From assembly GCF_009834535.1 (NCBI RefSeq), contig NC_045698.1, positions 6,202,001 through 6,266,000 on the forward strand: a stretch of 64,000 bases of DNA. Direction: 5' to 3'. The notes under the pieces were generated by a model. That model did no database searches. It saw nothing but the letters and a program-made list of their open reading frames with translations, and had not been told where the DNA came from. This document shows positions 26,354 through 39,960 of this stretch, in pieces (within the stretch, counting starts at the first letter, position 1; every line of letters starts with the position of its first letter). Made by a program: the position numbers and the translations under genes. The DNA is from Camelus ferus. Lineage: Eukaryota.

Positions 26354-26630
26354 GTGTGAAGGCAGGGACATGGGGACAATGCCATGAGAAGCTGGAGGAA
26401 TGGAGTGATGCACTTACAAACCAAGGAATGCCAAAGATTCCCAGAAAACCACCAAAGGCTAGGAGGAAGCAGAGAAGGATTTCCCTACAGGTTTCAGAGG
26501 GAACTGTGTCCCTGCCAACACTCTAAATTCAGACTTCTAGCCTCCAAGACTCTGAGACAATAAATTTCTGTTGTTTTAAAGCCACCTGATTTGTTGTACT
26601 TTGTTATGGCAGCTGTGAGAAACCAATGCA
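26354..26630 (+). mobile_element. MaLR LTR (MLT1C-like)
   Basis: 'ccaaggaatgccaaagatt...ttcagacttctagcctccaagactctgagacaataaatttctgttgttttaaagccac'. Confidence 0.85.
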
Positions 26631-26999
26631 GTAGAGCATGAAAAATGAACCAAAGATATTGCCATTTTACATTGGTGTTCTTGGTTCAATTATTAATAAC
26701 GTTCCTTAACTCTCAAAAGTGACCCAGTGTGGAAGAAAAATATTAAGAGTTCTGTTCTATACCTTGCATCTAGCCAGCTTCAACTCACCTTTAGTTCCAA
26801 GTGTTCCCCTTCTTAAGCATGTGAGTGGAAGGTACTGAGTTAAGAGATAAATTGGACTAAAGTGAACAGCATCCTAGTAGGAAGTGGTAGTTTAAAAAAT
26901 CTCTGAGACAGGAAAGAAGCATAGACTATGCATACTTAAGTGGACAGGTAGGGAAACCGGTTGCTCCAATTCCTGGCTCAGTTAATCGGCTTGTGGTTG

Positions 27000-27600
27000 G
27001 CAAAGCATTCAAAAGACACAGGAACAGTGAGGAGAAACTCAGATTAAAGAGAAGAGGATCCTGTGAGGTCCCATTTGTACAGCTTTCAGCTGAGGCCAGG
27101 ATTCACTCAGAGCCACACTGAGTGTCTAAAACCCAGACAGAAACAGAGGGTCTTACTGGCTTGAGAAATGAAAGGATGGAGTTCCCAGTGAACACGGAAG
27201 CTGGACAGAGAGGAGGAAGGAGTCCTGTTATTGAGGACATCACAGTGCGAGAGTCCCAGGTTCTGTGTGTAAACTGCCAGCATCTCTGGCTGAGTCTACC
27301 CACATGTGGTTCTACGTGAAGACCAAGCTAAGTTCAGCTAAGGTTAAAAGAACAGAACGTAAATTTTAGCTACTGCCTATTTCTAAAAGGGAGACAGGGT
27401 GGGGAATTTGAGTTTAGTCAAAACAAAAAACAAAATCAACACTTTTGAGAGGAACATGTCATAATTCATAGTTTTAGGATGTCTCACTCATGATGCCTAA
27501 AATACAACCCAAAATTACCAGACATACAAAGAAACAGACAAACTAAATGCATACTCAAGAGAAAGGGTTATCAGTGGAAACCTCTTTCCCTGAAAGTTCA
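27000..27600 (+). mobile_element. Old L1/HAL1 5' region remnant
   Basis: 'aaatcaacacttttgagagga...atacaacccaaaattaccagacatacaaagaaacag...actcaagagaaa'. Confidence 0.5.
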
Positions 27601-29789
27601 GCAAAAAATAAAAAGAAGCAATACACTCAGCTATGACCATGAGACCTCCTGGCATATAGCGGGTAGGCAGCACCTTCTGCTCCAGAGTGCCCACGATCGT
27701 CTCTTTTTATTTTCGCAGATCCACTGTTCAAGTGTCCTTACTTCAAGCCCTTATCAATTACATATTATCCTTTTTTAATTAGAGTGAAGGACAAGAATAG
27801 CCTGAGTAGGAAAGAGTGGAAAAGAGTAGGGAAGAGGAGGGAAAGCAGTTTTGTTTTCCTAGTTCGGTGAGTTTGTTTTCATTTTACTGGGCTTGAGGAT
27901 GTCTTACATTTATGGGAGCTGCTGAGGGACAACTTCTGAGCTTTGGTGATCCCGCTGCTCATTCACTAAACTTTGTAGGCTGAGCAGAGAAGGTTACTGT
28001 GTCCCTGTCGATGATTGTGCATTGCCTCCATTTACCTCTATGCCATGTTTTCTAGTTGCTTCATTAGTTTCCCTCATAAGAGCTTTAAAAGGGCTTTGGG
28101 GATCACCTAATCTATTCTCATCTTTTAAGAATTAGTCCCAGAAAGCTCGACATATTTAAAAGTTTAAACAGCTGGTTAGTGTCAGTACTGGACTACAACG
28201 CCACATCCTAATCCCCAGCTCCGGCGTTCTCTGCACCTCAGAATCTTTGCACCAGTCAACTGCTTGATTAATTTATTAATTGTAATTTTGGTCACACGCC
28301 TATTAGGCACAAAGGATCATCCTGGGAGATGAAAGTGTGTTAGCAAAAGTGATTGAGCGGTCTCTGCCCTCAATCTGTACTTACCATTTTGTCTTGGAGG
28401 TTATACATCTGCTGGCTTGGCGTTTTAATCAACTGATAAATACATTATTATAACTTTCACTTCTGGTAAAGGAATTCCATTTGTTGATTTTCCTCACACC
28501 CCTCTGCTCCTGTTTATCTGTAAGAAGTTAAATAATACTAGACATTGCAGGGAGCAAAATGGTACCTAGCTAACCTCCGCTGTGACTAGGGTTACTTCCA
28601 GGCATCACTCCCCTTCATTTATGCTGTATCTATTAATCATTCATTCATATGCCAACAGACCCATTAAAGACTGTTTGGAAGGATACAAGTTACACTCCGT
28701 GGAATATTCTCTATTCCAGAGTCATTCAAACATCTTTTACTTGCTATCTTCCCACTGCTTTGTTCACTGCTGGGAACAAAGAAAACACCTGAACAAAATG
28801 GGTCATTACTTTTTACTTTATTTCTTTTGGTAAAATTCATTGTGAGATAATAGAAATTAGCTTTCCAAAAGTTGAAAATAAACATTTTGCATATTAACGT
28901 AAGGTTTTTTTGTTGCTTTTCATGACTGTTTGCCTTTTCTTTGTGGAAACTTGAATCATGATATTTGGCCTTCAGTAATTATGCTGTAACTATTAAAATT
29001 GAATTCAACCAAATTTCAAATGTAATACAGCACTAAAATCATGTGGTCATTCACTTGCTCTAAGCTGAACGAATACATAAGTGTGAGTGTTTATGTGTGC
29101 ACGTGTGTAGGTTTGGCTACTTTATTACATCTGTGTTATCAAAAATGAAAAGTAGAATATTTTTAGAATGAACACATGGATTACCATTTATGATGCACTA
29201 AGCTGTGATTAGTTCTCATTTACATGCTGTAAAGAAGCCTGTATCTTAATTTGCACTGTTGTGCTGTTCAATATTCAATATCCAAAATGTAAAAATTGGT
29301 TGGTCAACACTTTGAGACATTACTTATACCACACTCCAATTTACTTAACAAAGGAGTTTTGCTTAAAAAGTGTTACTAAATCTTCTAGTCCTTTAATCTG
29401 TGCATGTATTTATATAACAACAGGAGGAAGGAATTCCTGTGCAGATTTAATCAACCTCTGAGAGTATTTTTCAGCTTCTCATCAAAGTCTCCTTGCCCCT
29501 GTGTTCTGAAAGTGAATCATTATTTCTGATAAGATTAGACTTCTAGTCAAAAGAGCAGAATATGCCCAGAGAACTCTGCCCTCCCCTCAAAAATGGAAGC
29601 ACAGACTCATGCACACACAGACTCAAGTATAGATTAAAAATAAATAAAATTCAGATAATATATCTTTGGATATATCTACAGAGAGGAGCCAAATATTTAG
29701 GCCTCTAAATATTCTAGGATTAGAAGCAAGCAGTGGAGGCTCAAATTTAATTTACTCAGAAAAACAGCCGTTGACCACAGCCCACTTGC

Positions 29790-30180
29790 TGCAGGAGACT
29801 GTAAGATGACTCCCTGTAGAAAGTGACACCTGAGTTCTTTTCTTACGAATAGAAGCCGAACATGCCCTTGGAATCCAACTGCCGTGCTGGAAGGAAGCCC
29901 AGTCTGTCCCACAGAGACCACAAGGATGGTGCACCTTCAGTGGAATTCAAGGCCCTGCTGAAAGCCAGCATCAAGCAGCCAACGTGTTGAGTGAACGAAT
30001 CTTCATTTGAGTCTAACCTCTGGTCTTCCACGTGAGGACCTGGATATCATGGGGCAGAGACCAGCTGTCCCTGGTGCTCCCTGTTGGAATTCCAGACCCA
30101 CAGAATCTCCGATCGTAATCAATGTTTGCTTTACACTGATGAGTTTTAGGACATTTCTAAAACAGCTTTAGGAACCATTC
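29790..30180 (+). mobile_element. MaLR LTR (MLT1G/H-like)
   Basis: 'agccagcatcaagcagccaacgtg', 'atcatggggcagagaccagctgtccc...aattccagacccacagaatc'. Confidence 0.75.
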
Positions 30181-32176
30181 CCAATTTCTCTACTTACAAT
30201 TCTTTACTGAATGTTGATGATTTTGGCCTCCAGAGTTTAGGATAAGAATATGATTTGTTAATTTCTCTCAGCATTTTCTTTTCATTAGAGAAAAACGCAA
30301 GTAGGTATACACCGTGCCTGCTCTGCCGACCTATGTCTTTTCTGTCTTTGGTCAATTGAATTTGCTATTTAACTTTATGTAAATGAACTGTACACACTTT
30401 CCATATCCAGGGCTTCTCAGGACATTTCTTCATTAAGATTCATTCTATCTCACAGGTGCAGGTGAGGTGGAGAGAGTGGGTTTTTTCCGCACCTCTTCCC
30501 CTTTTCTCCTCAAGTCCAAGATTTAATTAGACTGCTTTCTGTATAAGAAATTGACACTCATACACTTATGCTCCACCTCTATCCACACATCCGATTTTGT
30601 CTTCACAATAAGTAAAGTTTAAGACCAAGTCTAAGCAAATTCCACATCAACCAGAAATTAGAATGTATGTGGGAAGTGATCTCAAGTCCGAATACATAAT
30701 CTTCATTTATTTGAAAGTTGGCTTTTATATAAATTCTAGCCATGTAAAGACATAGAACAGGCTGTTCTTTGGCTAGTCTTGTTTCTTTGAACAAACTGAT
30801 ACTTTTGGAGTCATCTAACATTCTTGTCACTATGCCCTTTTTCCCGAAGCCAGTGTTACCACTGCAGTCACCTAAGTGGCAACACAAATGCCAGTTACTG
30901 CAGTTACTTGTCCGCGGCTGCTCATGGCTGTGCCTCCTGAGAGTTTTCATTAGACTTGGATTTCTCGCTGATTCACTGGCGTCACGTATCATGTAGATTT
31001 GAAATCCTCACTTGTGCGGTCAAGTGTGTATTTTCATAAACTGTACGTGAGATGCAGACTTTCAGAGAAGACTTCAGGGGGTAAATTTCAGTGCTGAGCT
31101 GAAATTATAGCTCTTATAGGTTCTGCTGAGGACACTTTAATTTCACTGTTTCATAATTTACCAGAAACAGTGATTTAAAATAAGATCTGGTTGAACACCT
31201 GGAGTGTCTAATCAGGGTGATGAAGATGGAGTGAGAGTCGAGATGCCCTTGGTGGTTTAACGAAACGGAGACATTTTATTTCCCAAAACGTTTCATGATA
31301 AGTTTTTTTTAACCCCCAACAGTGTCTTTTCTATTGTGAATAATTATGCTGTTATCTTCCATGTGGGTAGAAACATGCACTCTTCTCTTAAGTTACCCAG
31401 TTCAGAGTTATGAAGTTCTATCTTTTTGACAAGCAAACTAAACTTTTCTCCAAGCTTTTATATTTTTAGGTCGGTTTTCTGCTTTCTTTTTTTCTTTTTT
31501 TTTTAAATTAAACATAAACCTGGAGACTTTAACTATCATGACTCCATGCCATCTCGTTTACAATAAGGTGGGACACTGTCCAGTACTAGTCACATCACTG
31601 GCAATTCAGTCCCACGTGTCTGCAGTGAGCTGCATTAGAGCAAATCAACCTGCATGAGGTGTAAGTTCAAATTCCATGGAGTCAGAAATTCTTATGATTT
31701 CAACACATTGACTGGCAAGTTATTAAAGTGGAAACGATGAATGTTCTCTTATTAATTTATTTATTCAGTTTTTTTTTAATCTAGCTTTCAGGGAAGACCA
31801 AGTTTATAATAAGATGAAATCCTTTTCATTCATAAAAAATAGAGCCCAAAAGAGAAAAAATTAGATGTTACCTAGAGAGAAAATAATCTAGGGGCTACAG
31901 CTGCCTGTGTCCTTTGTTCAGTTAACTCTGCTATTTTTCTAAACGCTGTAGTAGGGTTTGTTCTTGCGTCTAATATGATGGGCATCTATAATGTAAATGG
32001 GAGAGAGACCACCATCGAGCTTGGGGAAAAGGTGATTCATGGCTGAATATGAAAGATGCCAAATTAAACACATTGTTTTAAAATCCAGCTTAAATTGTAA
32101 AAATCTTAAATTTTAAAATCTCTAAAATCAATTAAAATATACTTCCTAATTTAAAGAATTCAATGTTTACTTACTT

Positions 32177-32446
32177 CAAATGAACTTATTTACAAACCAG
32201 AAACAGACTCACAGACACAGAAAACAAGCTCATGGTTAAACAAGTTTCTACTGTATAGCTCAGGGAACTATATTCAATATACTGTAGTAACCTATAATAA
32301 AAAAGAATATGAAAAAGGATATATTGCGTGTATATGTATGGCTGAAACATTATGCTGTACACCAGAAACTGACACAGCATTGTAAACTGGCTATACTTCA
32401 CATAAATGAATAAATGAATAAATGAATGAATGAATGAATGAATGAA

Positions 32447-32485
<39 letters not shown>

Positions 32486-32500
32486 ACAAACAAACAAACA
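32177..32500 (+). mobile_element. L1 3' end (camelid/cetartiodactyl type) with compound (TGAA)(TAAA)(CAAA) tail
   Basis: 'caaatgaacttatttacaaaccagaaacagactcacagac...tgctgtacaccagaaactgacacagcattgtaaactggctatacttca'. Confidence 0.9.
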
Positions 32501-35189
32501 TTTTTTGAAAAGGAAAGAAAGCATTTTAATTCAGTCTCATTCATACAAGACTTCCATATTCTGGTAAGCATTGATTACATTTAAATGAAGCAATGCCTTT
32601 CTAGAAATGAGATGATTTCATGTTTGAAACTGGAAAGCACATGGTCAGTCCCCTTATAAGCTACTCACCTCACTTTACTGAAATCAAAAGACATGAGGAA
32701 ATGATCTTCCTTCTTTCCTCCTACACGCCCCAGGGGAAGCTGGCTGCCCCTCCCTGAATTAAACTGTCACTTTTTACCACTGTTATGGAGCTTATCAATG
32801 CCTCCCTGCTGTGCTTACATAAACACATAAAAAAGTATGAGCTTCAGCAGGGCAGAGTCTGTGATCATCTCGGATCCCAAACAGCCCCCGTGAGGACAAC
32901 GCTTCCCAAGGTTGACTCTCCACAGGGTCCTCAGAACGTGAAGGGGTTCGTCCCAGGATCCTCACACGTGCTCTCATCCCCATCGCAGACTCCACAGGGC
33001 AAGAGCAGCCTACGAGCAGTTCCCTTGTATTTAAGAGATAAAATTCTTCCAGAACATGAGAAAATGCTATTTTTACTTGTCACAATATCCAGTTGTGCTC
33101 CACAGGTCTGTTCTCAGCTTTTCTGATAAAATACACTTGGTTCAGTCCACAGGCTGTTATTGATGGCATCTCTATTCCAGCACTCCTGGTTCTTTCTAAA
33201 ATCCCAAACCCGCATCAATTGCAGCAAAGCTCCGTAAACTTGTGCATGACCCAGGAAGACAGGTGTCCTGACACAGCTCCTTCATGCAGCTGGAAGATTA
33301 GTCTTGTCTGTAGGGAACTAGAGAAAGAGTGAAGGCAGTTCCAAGTGTGGATCACGACAAATGGTGTCTGTTTTTCATGCAGCTCAGGGTACTTTGTGCC
33401 CTTTGCCCGGCTGTACCTAGAAGGGGCTGCTTAGGGAACTGAGTGACACTGATTGCAGGGAGAAAGCCTGCGTGGACTCTCACACACAGGTGGCTACAAA
33501 TACATGCTCAGGACACCCCGTCCCCCAGGACACTGAATGCAAGAGTCCCAGTCCTGACTCTGCCCCAGTGAGATCTGTGGACCGGACAGTCACTTTGCAC
33601 TCCTGCCTCAGCTTCCTCAAGGGTGGAATGAGGGGGGCTTGTAACTAAATTAGCTCCAAAGGCAAAGCAAGCTTTGGCACTTTGTTCTTTAAAAACGTTA
33701 GGGCCAAACACGGGCCATCTTCAGTTCCATCAGGTGCCCAGAAGCTTTATGACTGTAGAGGATGCACACTGTCTAGGGAGAGAGTTAAGGCAAGATGTGT
33801 GTAGCTGCAGCTCGTGGTTTCCTGTGATGGAGAAGCCTGTGGGTGGGCACAAATGGTGACATGACTGTGAGGAAGCAAGAGGCATAGGATATCCCAGGAT
33901 TTCTACTTTTCACCAAAGAATTTACAGAAGCCAAGCCTCACAGATTTCACTCTCACATCAGACAAAGGGAGGGATGGGCCCCACAGCAGCACAAGCTGGG
34001 GTATCACGTAGTTATTGGAATAGGATCGTGAATGCAATTTTAGACAGTTTTTTTTTTTAATGAAGAGAATGGTTTTTATTTCATTTAAATGGTATTACCT
34101 TGAAATTCAGGAGAAAAATAATGTGACAAAAATCCAAGCATTATCAAAATACGTTTGTTGTATGTTTGGTCATTTGCAAGCAGAGAAACAGGATTGGTTT
34201 TGCTATACACGTCACTTTTTTATATTGATTATGAAAATTTTGTAACTATCAGTTTGGAAGTAAGTTTTCTTTAAAGATACACATCCCTAAAGCCTACCAG
34301 GTGTAAAAAGTAAGCGTTAGCAGGTGTAAGATGCAAGTATTTTTTATAATATCCTCCTATGGTTTAATTACTGATGCAGCAGATTGTTACAAGGCACTTC
34401 CATGTTCAAGACACTCCTCTGTGAGGTGACTGAAGGATGTGGCGTTCCTTCCGAGGCATTACAGTCCGTGCGATGATGAGCACAAACAGCCACAAGACAT
34501 CGCAGAGAGAGATAAACACCAAGCAGGGCACTGGTGTATGTTGTTTACCTTAAACATTAACTTTGTGGACCTTCTTCTTGAATCTATGGAAGAGAAAAGG
34601 GTGGAGGATTTTGTTCCAAGTGCACCAACTGAAGATGTAAACTGAAAGCACCCCAGGGCAGAGTTAGCAACTGAAAATGCAGGATGCCACCTCCTCCCAG
34701 TGCACCAAGCCCTTCTTACAACTCAGAGATGAGAATGGCCATTGTCTGGCCCTGTCAGGATCAGGAACCAGCGAAAGCTTTTGCTTTGAGTCAGAAGGAA
34801 TAAATGGGAGTTATTTTAATGGAGCCAAAGGTTCTGAACATTTCAGACGGAGGAGAGCAGAAGCCAAGGGCATGCCCAACACAGTGCAAGGGAACAGCAC
34901 ACTAACTGCTGTGCAAGGCACTGGGGGAGGGAGAGGGGCAAAGGGGCACAGGACAAAGGCAGCGTGTGTCAGCTCTGAACCCTCAGGGGAGCTGAGACAC
35001 ACAGATTTATTCCGTGGGAACTGAGAACCACTGGAAACATTTCAGCAAGCCAGTGATAAGTCACGTAGGTAGGTGACTGGGGACAGTAACTCGGAAGCAT
35101 CTTGCCAACTGAGCCTGAAAAAAATTTAGCTGGAACTGGAATGAACTGGGAATTAGTGAGGGTAGAGGGTAAGAAACTCAACTGAGATT

Positions 35190-35383
35190 AAACAGCAACT
35201 CAGTAATGAGCCACGTTTACATCTGAAGGTCTACCGCTCCTAACCACTCCAGCTCTAAAACCTGCCAATCCTAGTTGGAGAGATTGGGTTTGACAAACAT
35301 GTACCTTCCTTGCTGAAGCAAATAGGAAACTTGGTTTTATATACATATTTGTAGATGTTTCATGGTAACCTCTTCCTCTGACA
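35190..35383 (+). mobile_element. 5' LTR (recognisable 3' portion)
   Basis: Aligns by eye to 41520-41720. It ends 'tggtaacctcttcctctgaca' versus 'tggtggcctccttctttgata'. The true 5' boundary is not resolved. Confidence 0.65.
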
Positions 35384-35385
35384 AA

Positions 35386-35403
35386 TGGATGTCCCACCAA
35401 ATT
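35386..35403 (+). promoter_or_regulatory. Retroviral primer-binding site, tRNA-Gln-like
   Basis: tggatgtcccaccaaatt versus TGGAGGTCCCACCGAGAT (14/18), separated from the LTR-terminal CA by 2 nt. Confidence 0.7.
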
Positions 35404-36144
35404 CCTGTAAGAGCCTCTGTTGGTATCAGTGCAAGAAACCCGAAGTAACAGGGGAGCTGAGAGAACCCCTTGTTCCTTGACCCCCACTCTCTCATAGGCC
35501 TTTTGAACTGCTGCTCATGAGCCTTTAAACAGTGATGTCAGAGCTGACATGTCTCCTTGAGCGTGTCCTGTTGAATTCATTTTGTTTTTCTACTATTTGT
35601 TTAAAAAAAACCAGGTCTTTGAATAAAGGAATTTGCCCTTTTCTGGAAAGGTGCCGTGTTTGGTAAATAATGCCATAATTCATCTTCTGATTCTTCTACT
35701 GCTTGCTTCACTTTTATTTTCTGTTCCTCTTTCTGTACCAAGTCTTGTCTTACGTGTTTCCATTTTGCTCTGTATTATGTCTGTTGTGTGTATATGGGAT
35801 TTCTCCACGAAAGGAGATGGAGAGATGGGCCAAATGAGCCTCCAATCAAGTGAATGCCATGGACCGATGTTTGGAGGTCTGCAAGAATAATAACCATTTT
35901 GTGCAAAAGTCAGCGATGCTTGGGTCCCCTCTCCCCCTGCACCACCAACCAAGTCTGTGTGAAGACAGTCCTCAGTCTTATCAAATCCTGAACAAGATGA
36001 CTTTGCTAACTATATATTCTGAAGTGAGTCCACCAGGTTATGTATCATATGATTTTTTTTTCCCAGCCTGTATTCTTCAAAGACCCAAGACAGCATTCAT
36101 TAGCTTAGACTTTGAACAGCCTAGTAGCCTCATTCTTGTTTGTC

Positions 36145-38400
36145 ATGAGATTTTCTTCATCAAAGCCGCAACTTTCTCCAACGGAAATAATCCTGTGGCT
36201 ATCCTGATAACTGGCAATAGTTCAGTAAGGAAGACCTAGGATTGCAATAACCGTTATGGAGATGTTTTGATATAAAAAAGATACATTTAAGTGTAACTCT
36301 AGAAAAGAGATACCAAGTGAAACATAGTATGGTCAGCTTTCTCTGATTGAATGCTGAAGCATCAACAACAACAAAAAGACTCCAGGACAGCCTCCCTTAA
36401 AGATCCTGTAGGGAAACCACGGAAAAAGTTCCCGGCCCCCCAAGCCTCTAAAACCTGTGCTCTTGTCTCTGTCGATATTCGGCTTTGTCTTAGCCGCTCA
36501 CTAGTATCACTTCCCTTCTTTCTGCTCCTTCCCCTGACCTTCAAGTACCACATTTTCCTCCAGGTTTGCTGGGTTTTACTTTTAAATAGGAAAAAAAATT
36601 ACATTGAACAATTTCCTCTTTAAATTTCTAGATCCATAGAAGATTAATTTAAACCCTCATTTAGAGATGAGGACTTAAAAAGTATCTCCCTAACTTTTTA
36701 AAGTGTTTATATCTGTTTTATGAAGGTAGAAATCAGTGACAGAATTCAGGATTTTGTTAGATAATTATTGTCCTGATCACCATTTCTGTAGCAACCAGTT
36801 CCTTTTTATTCCTAGGCCCTTAGAAGGGGAAAATGGTTAAAAGCAACACTGTGGGAAATTCCAGGAGAGGATTTAAATAATCTAACTGTATATAAATCAG
36901 AAAATGGCTTTAAGAGGGAATTAGAAAAAGAAATGTACTATCTAAGGCCATTTCTGAAGTATTTCCTTAGGCTCAGATTGGGCAAAGACTTAAAATTACG
37001 AACAAAATTAAGATGAATCAAAATATAGGTGGATATCTTTTAAAATAAACCAGAAATAGCTCCAACAATATTCTGGGCTACATAAAGAGTTGAATTAAAG
37101 AGAGGTTTGTTCCTGTTTAAAGGGGGCTCAGATATTAAAAAGAGGCTTAAAATGAAATTGAAGATTGCCAATTTAGAACATTTTGAATATTTGGATGAAT
37201 ATCTTTAAAAGCCCTAGAAAGTATTTGCAAATCATTTGACAATATATTAGTATCCAGAATATGTAAGCACGACTAAAATTCAACAACAAAATGATGAATT
37301 ACCCAATTCAAAAATGGGTTGAGTAGACAGTTCTTCAAAGAAGACATACAGATGGCCAATAAGCACATGAAAAACACACTCAGCGTCGCTAACTGTTAGG
37401 GAAATGGGAATCAAACCACGGTAAGACACCACCTCACACTCATAAGGTAGCCATTGTCCAGAATATAGAGAATAACAGTGGCGATGAGGATGTGGAGAGA
37501 CGAACGCTTACACGTTGCTGGTGGGAATGTAAAATGATGCAGCCGCTGTGGAAGACAGTATGGAAGCTCCTCAGTAAATTAAATAGAATGACCATACAGT
37601 CCAGCAATCCCACTTTTAGTTATACGCCCAAAATTATTGAAATCAGGGACTCAAACAGATAATTGGACACCAGTGTTCACCAGAATTGCTCACGATACTA
37701 AAAGATAGAAACAACCAAATATTCATTGAGGTACAGTCACTGGATAGGCAAAAATGTAGGGTACATACACAATGGACAGTATTCCTCCTTCAAAAGGAAT
37801 GAAGTTATGATCCAGTTACAACATGCATGAAACTTGGAAACATGCTGCTAAGTGAAATAAGCCAGACACAGAAAGATAAATATTGTATGGTTTGACTTCA
37901 TGAGGTGTCTAGAAGAGTCAAATTTGTAAAGACAGAATAGAGTAGTGGTTCCCAGGGACTGGGGGCAGGAAGGACTGGGCAGTTATTCCTTAACAGGCAC
38001 AAAAATTCACATAGGGATGGTGAAAAATGTCTTGAGGTGGATAGTGGTGATGGTTGCACACCAATGTGAATGTTCTTAATGACACTGAATTGAACACTCG
38101 TAAAGGATGAAACTGGTACATTTTATGTCATGTATATTTTACCACAATTAAAAAGGGAGAGAGAGAGAGAGAAAGAGAAAGCCTTAGAAAGCAAACAAGC
38201 TAGGGAATCAATGCAGTAGCATTCTATATAAAAAATCTAGATCCCAAAATAAAAACAGGAACAAAAGTCACTCTGACTTTTAAAAATTCAGGACTCTTGG
38301 AGATATTATAATCACAAGGACACCTGGAAGGACCAGGGTCCCATGTGGTCTAAGAAATAAAGGACAACTTTCCAAAATCTTTCCAAACATGCCAATGGAA
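36145..38400 (+). pseudogene. gag: ERV gag remnant (split by L1)
   Basis: MRFSSSKP at 36145 (MG..SSK-like); SCGYPDNWQ*FSKEDLGLQ*PLWRCFDIKKIHL from 36191; TEFRILLDNYCP from 36739; KWLKATLWEIPGEDL; LSKAISEVFP from 36938. These resemble class I matrix and capsid motifs. Confidence 0.72.
37222..38177 (+). mobile_element. L1 (L1MB-like) 3' end inserted in ERV gag
   Basis: ORF2 C-terminal region plus 3'UTR ending 'tatattttaccacaattaaaa' and a (GA)n tail. 14-bp TSD aaagccctagaaag (37208-37221) / aaagccttagaaag (38178-38191). Confidence 0.9.
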
Positions 38401-38449
38401 ACACCAGCACCACCAGATTCCACTTCGGTATTCCTAAAATCCTGGGTTG

Positions 38450-39290
38450 AATGGTAAATAAGTGTAAAATAATGGCTCTTTTGTGGACACGAATCCCTCT
38501 GTATCTACCATTTACCTTGGTCAGTGATGGTTTAGAGCATCAATGATTTGCGTGTAGGTCTTAATTTACAAAAGTATTACAGTGATGACATGTAGAGGTC
38601 AGTGACATTGGAAGACAAGTCTAACATCACTCACAGTTCCCCTGGAAATGAGAGGCATGGCATGCCACTCAGGGCCGCGGTGGGAAACCTCGAGGTCGGT
38701 CAGGAGGCAGAAAGGAGAGAAGGGAAGGCAGAGACCAGAGACTTTACTGGGGCTTGCAGGTGAATGACAAGGCAGGGAAGATGGAACAGCTTAGCTTTTG
38801 CTCGTTTTAGTGATTCGGGCCAGTTTGGGGGCACGGGGCTCTCCTTTGGTGTGTGGTTCCTGGCTCTGGCTTGATTTAGGGCAGGAATAAAGGTGTGAGA
38901 GTTAACTAAAGGAGGTGACTGGAGGGACAGGCTCGGGATTGGCTGGGCTCACCCAAGTTTTTCACTATCTTTAGGAATTAGCTAACCGTGGAAGGACAGT
39001 GTCTCCCCAGCAAGCAAGTCCTCTAAAGACTTCAAAATATCATATGACATAGAAAATGACAATGATGAGCACGATCAGATTCTAGAGTCACTCGAGCGGT
39101 GCACATTTCTACCAGTCCCGAGTCTTCCCTCATGACACAAACTGTAGCTGTTATTTTGGGATCATTATCAGAGGAACACAGTGTCCTGTGATGCATAACC
39201 TCTGCAGAATTTAAAGAGCAGAGATCTGCTCTGAAATAAGAACAACCGATAAAATGTCCTGCAGAAGGACTGATTTTAGAAGTGCCTGAA
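38450..39290 (+). pseudogene. pro: ERV aspartic protease remnant (split by LTR)
   Basis: VDTNPSVSTI at 38483 (DTG motif). After the insert: LGSLSEEHSVL, SRDLL at 39217 (GRDLL motif) and IKCPAEGLILEVPE at 39249. Confidence 0.7.
38591..39073 (-). mobile_element. Solo LTR (MER74-like, ERVL) inserted in the ERV protease
   Basis: 'gtcggtcaggaggcagaaagg', 'tgatttaggggcaggaata', 'tttcactatctttaggaattagcta'. Confidence 0.65.
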
Positions 39291-39429
39291 AGTTCTTCTA
39301 TACCTAATCAAATTAAACTAATTTAGACATTCATATAATGACATTGATTCAAAATATAATTTTTAAAAAGTCATATTCCAAGAAACTCTGTAAGCAAAAG
39401 GACTCTTAAGACCTAAACAGTATGATGAG

Positions 39430-39960
39430 AAAAACTCCTTAAAATGCCATCATGATTTTTTCTCAGAAAATCATAGCTCTCATTGTATAGCGCATGAAAG
39501 AGGGCACTGTGCTCCAGAGGTGTCAGCAGCACAACGTGGAAATCTCAAGATTGTGATTGTGTTTCTGAGTCTGAGATGCATACACCCCCGTGACAGATTC
39601 ACTGTACATTTTCATACAAAATCCTAGCTTAATATTGTTCCTTTACAAGGTTTTATTTTTTAAATGAAGAGAGACAATATCAGGCTTATTCTGCAATAAA
39701 ACATCAGACTCAGTCCTGTACCAGATGGTAAATCATCTCAAACGGCTGAATGTGTAGCCATCTCTGGGACACGTTAAATTGCTAACGTGGAAATATACAC
39801 GTTAATATACACACTCACTATCAATATGCTTTTGACATAGTTCATGATTTCAGGATGCTATGGAAGCAAGAGCATTCTTAGCTTCCTTGGGGACCCCTGT
39901 GAATATGGCCTAAAAGTATAAAAATTACTTGATGTGAAGATATTGTCTCCAAAGGGTAGA
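39430..39960 (+). pseudogene. pol: ERV pol tether/RNase H remnant
   Basis: PDGKSSQTAECVAI at 39721 (SAQxAEL motif). VNIHTHYQYAFDIVHDFRMLWKQ/RAFLASLGTPV at 39801-39902 versus class I VNIYTDSRYAFGVVHDFGMLWKQRGFLTSSGTPI, with one frameshift. Confidence 0.88.

Noticed and set aside
35825..35890. MGQMSLQS as the myristoylated Gag start
   Set aside because: It terminates quickly, and matrix homology begins about 320 bp later, after the ATG at 36145.
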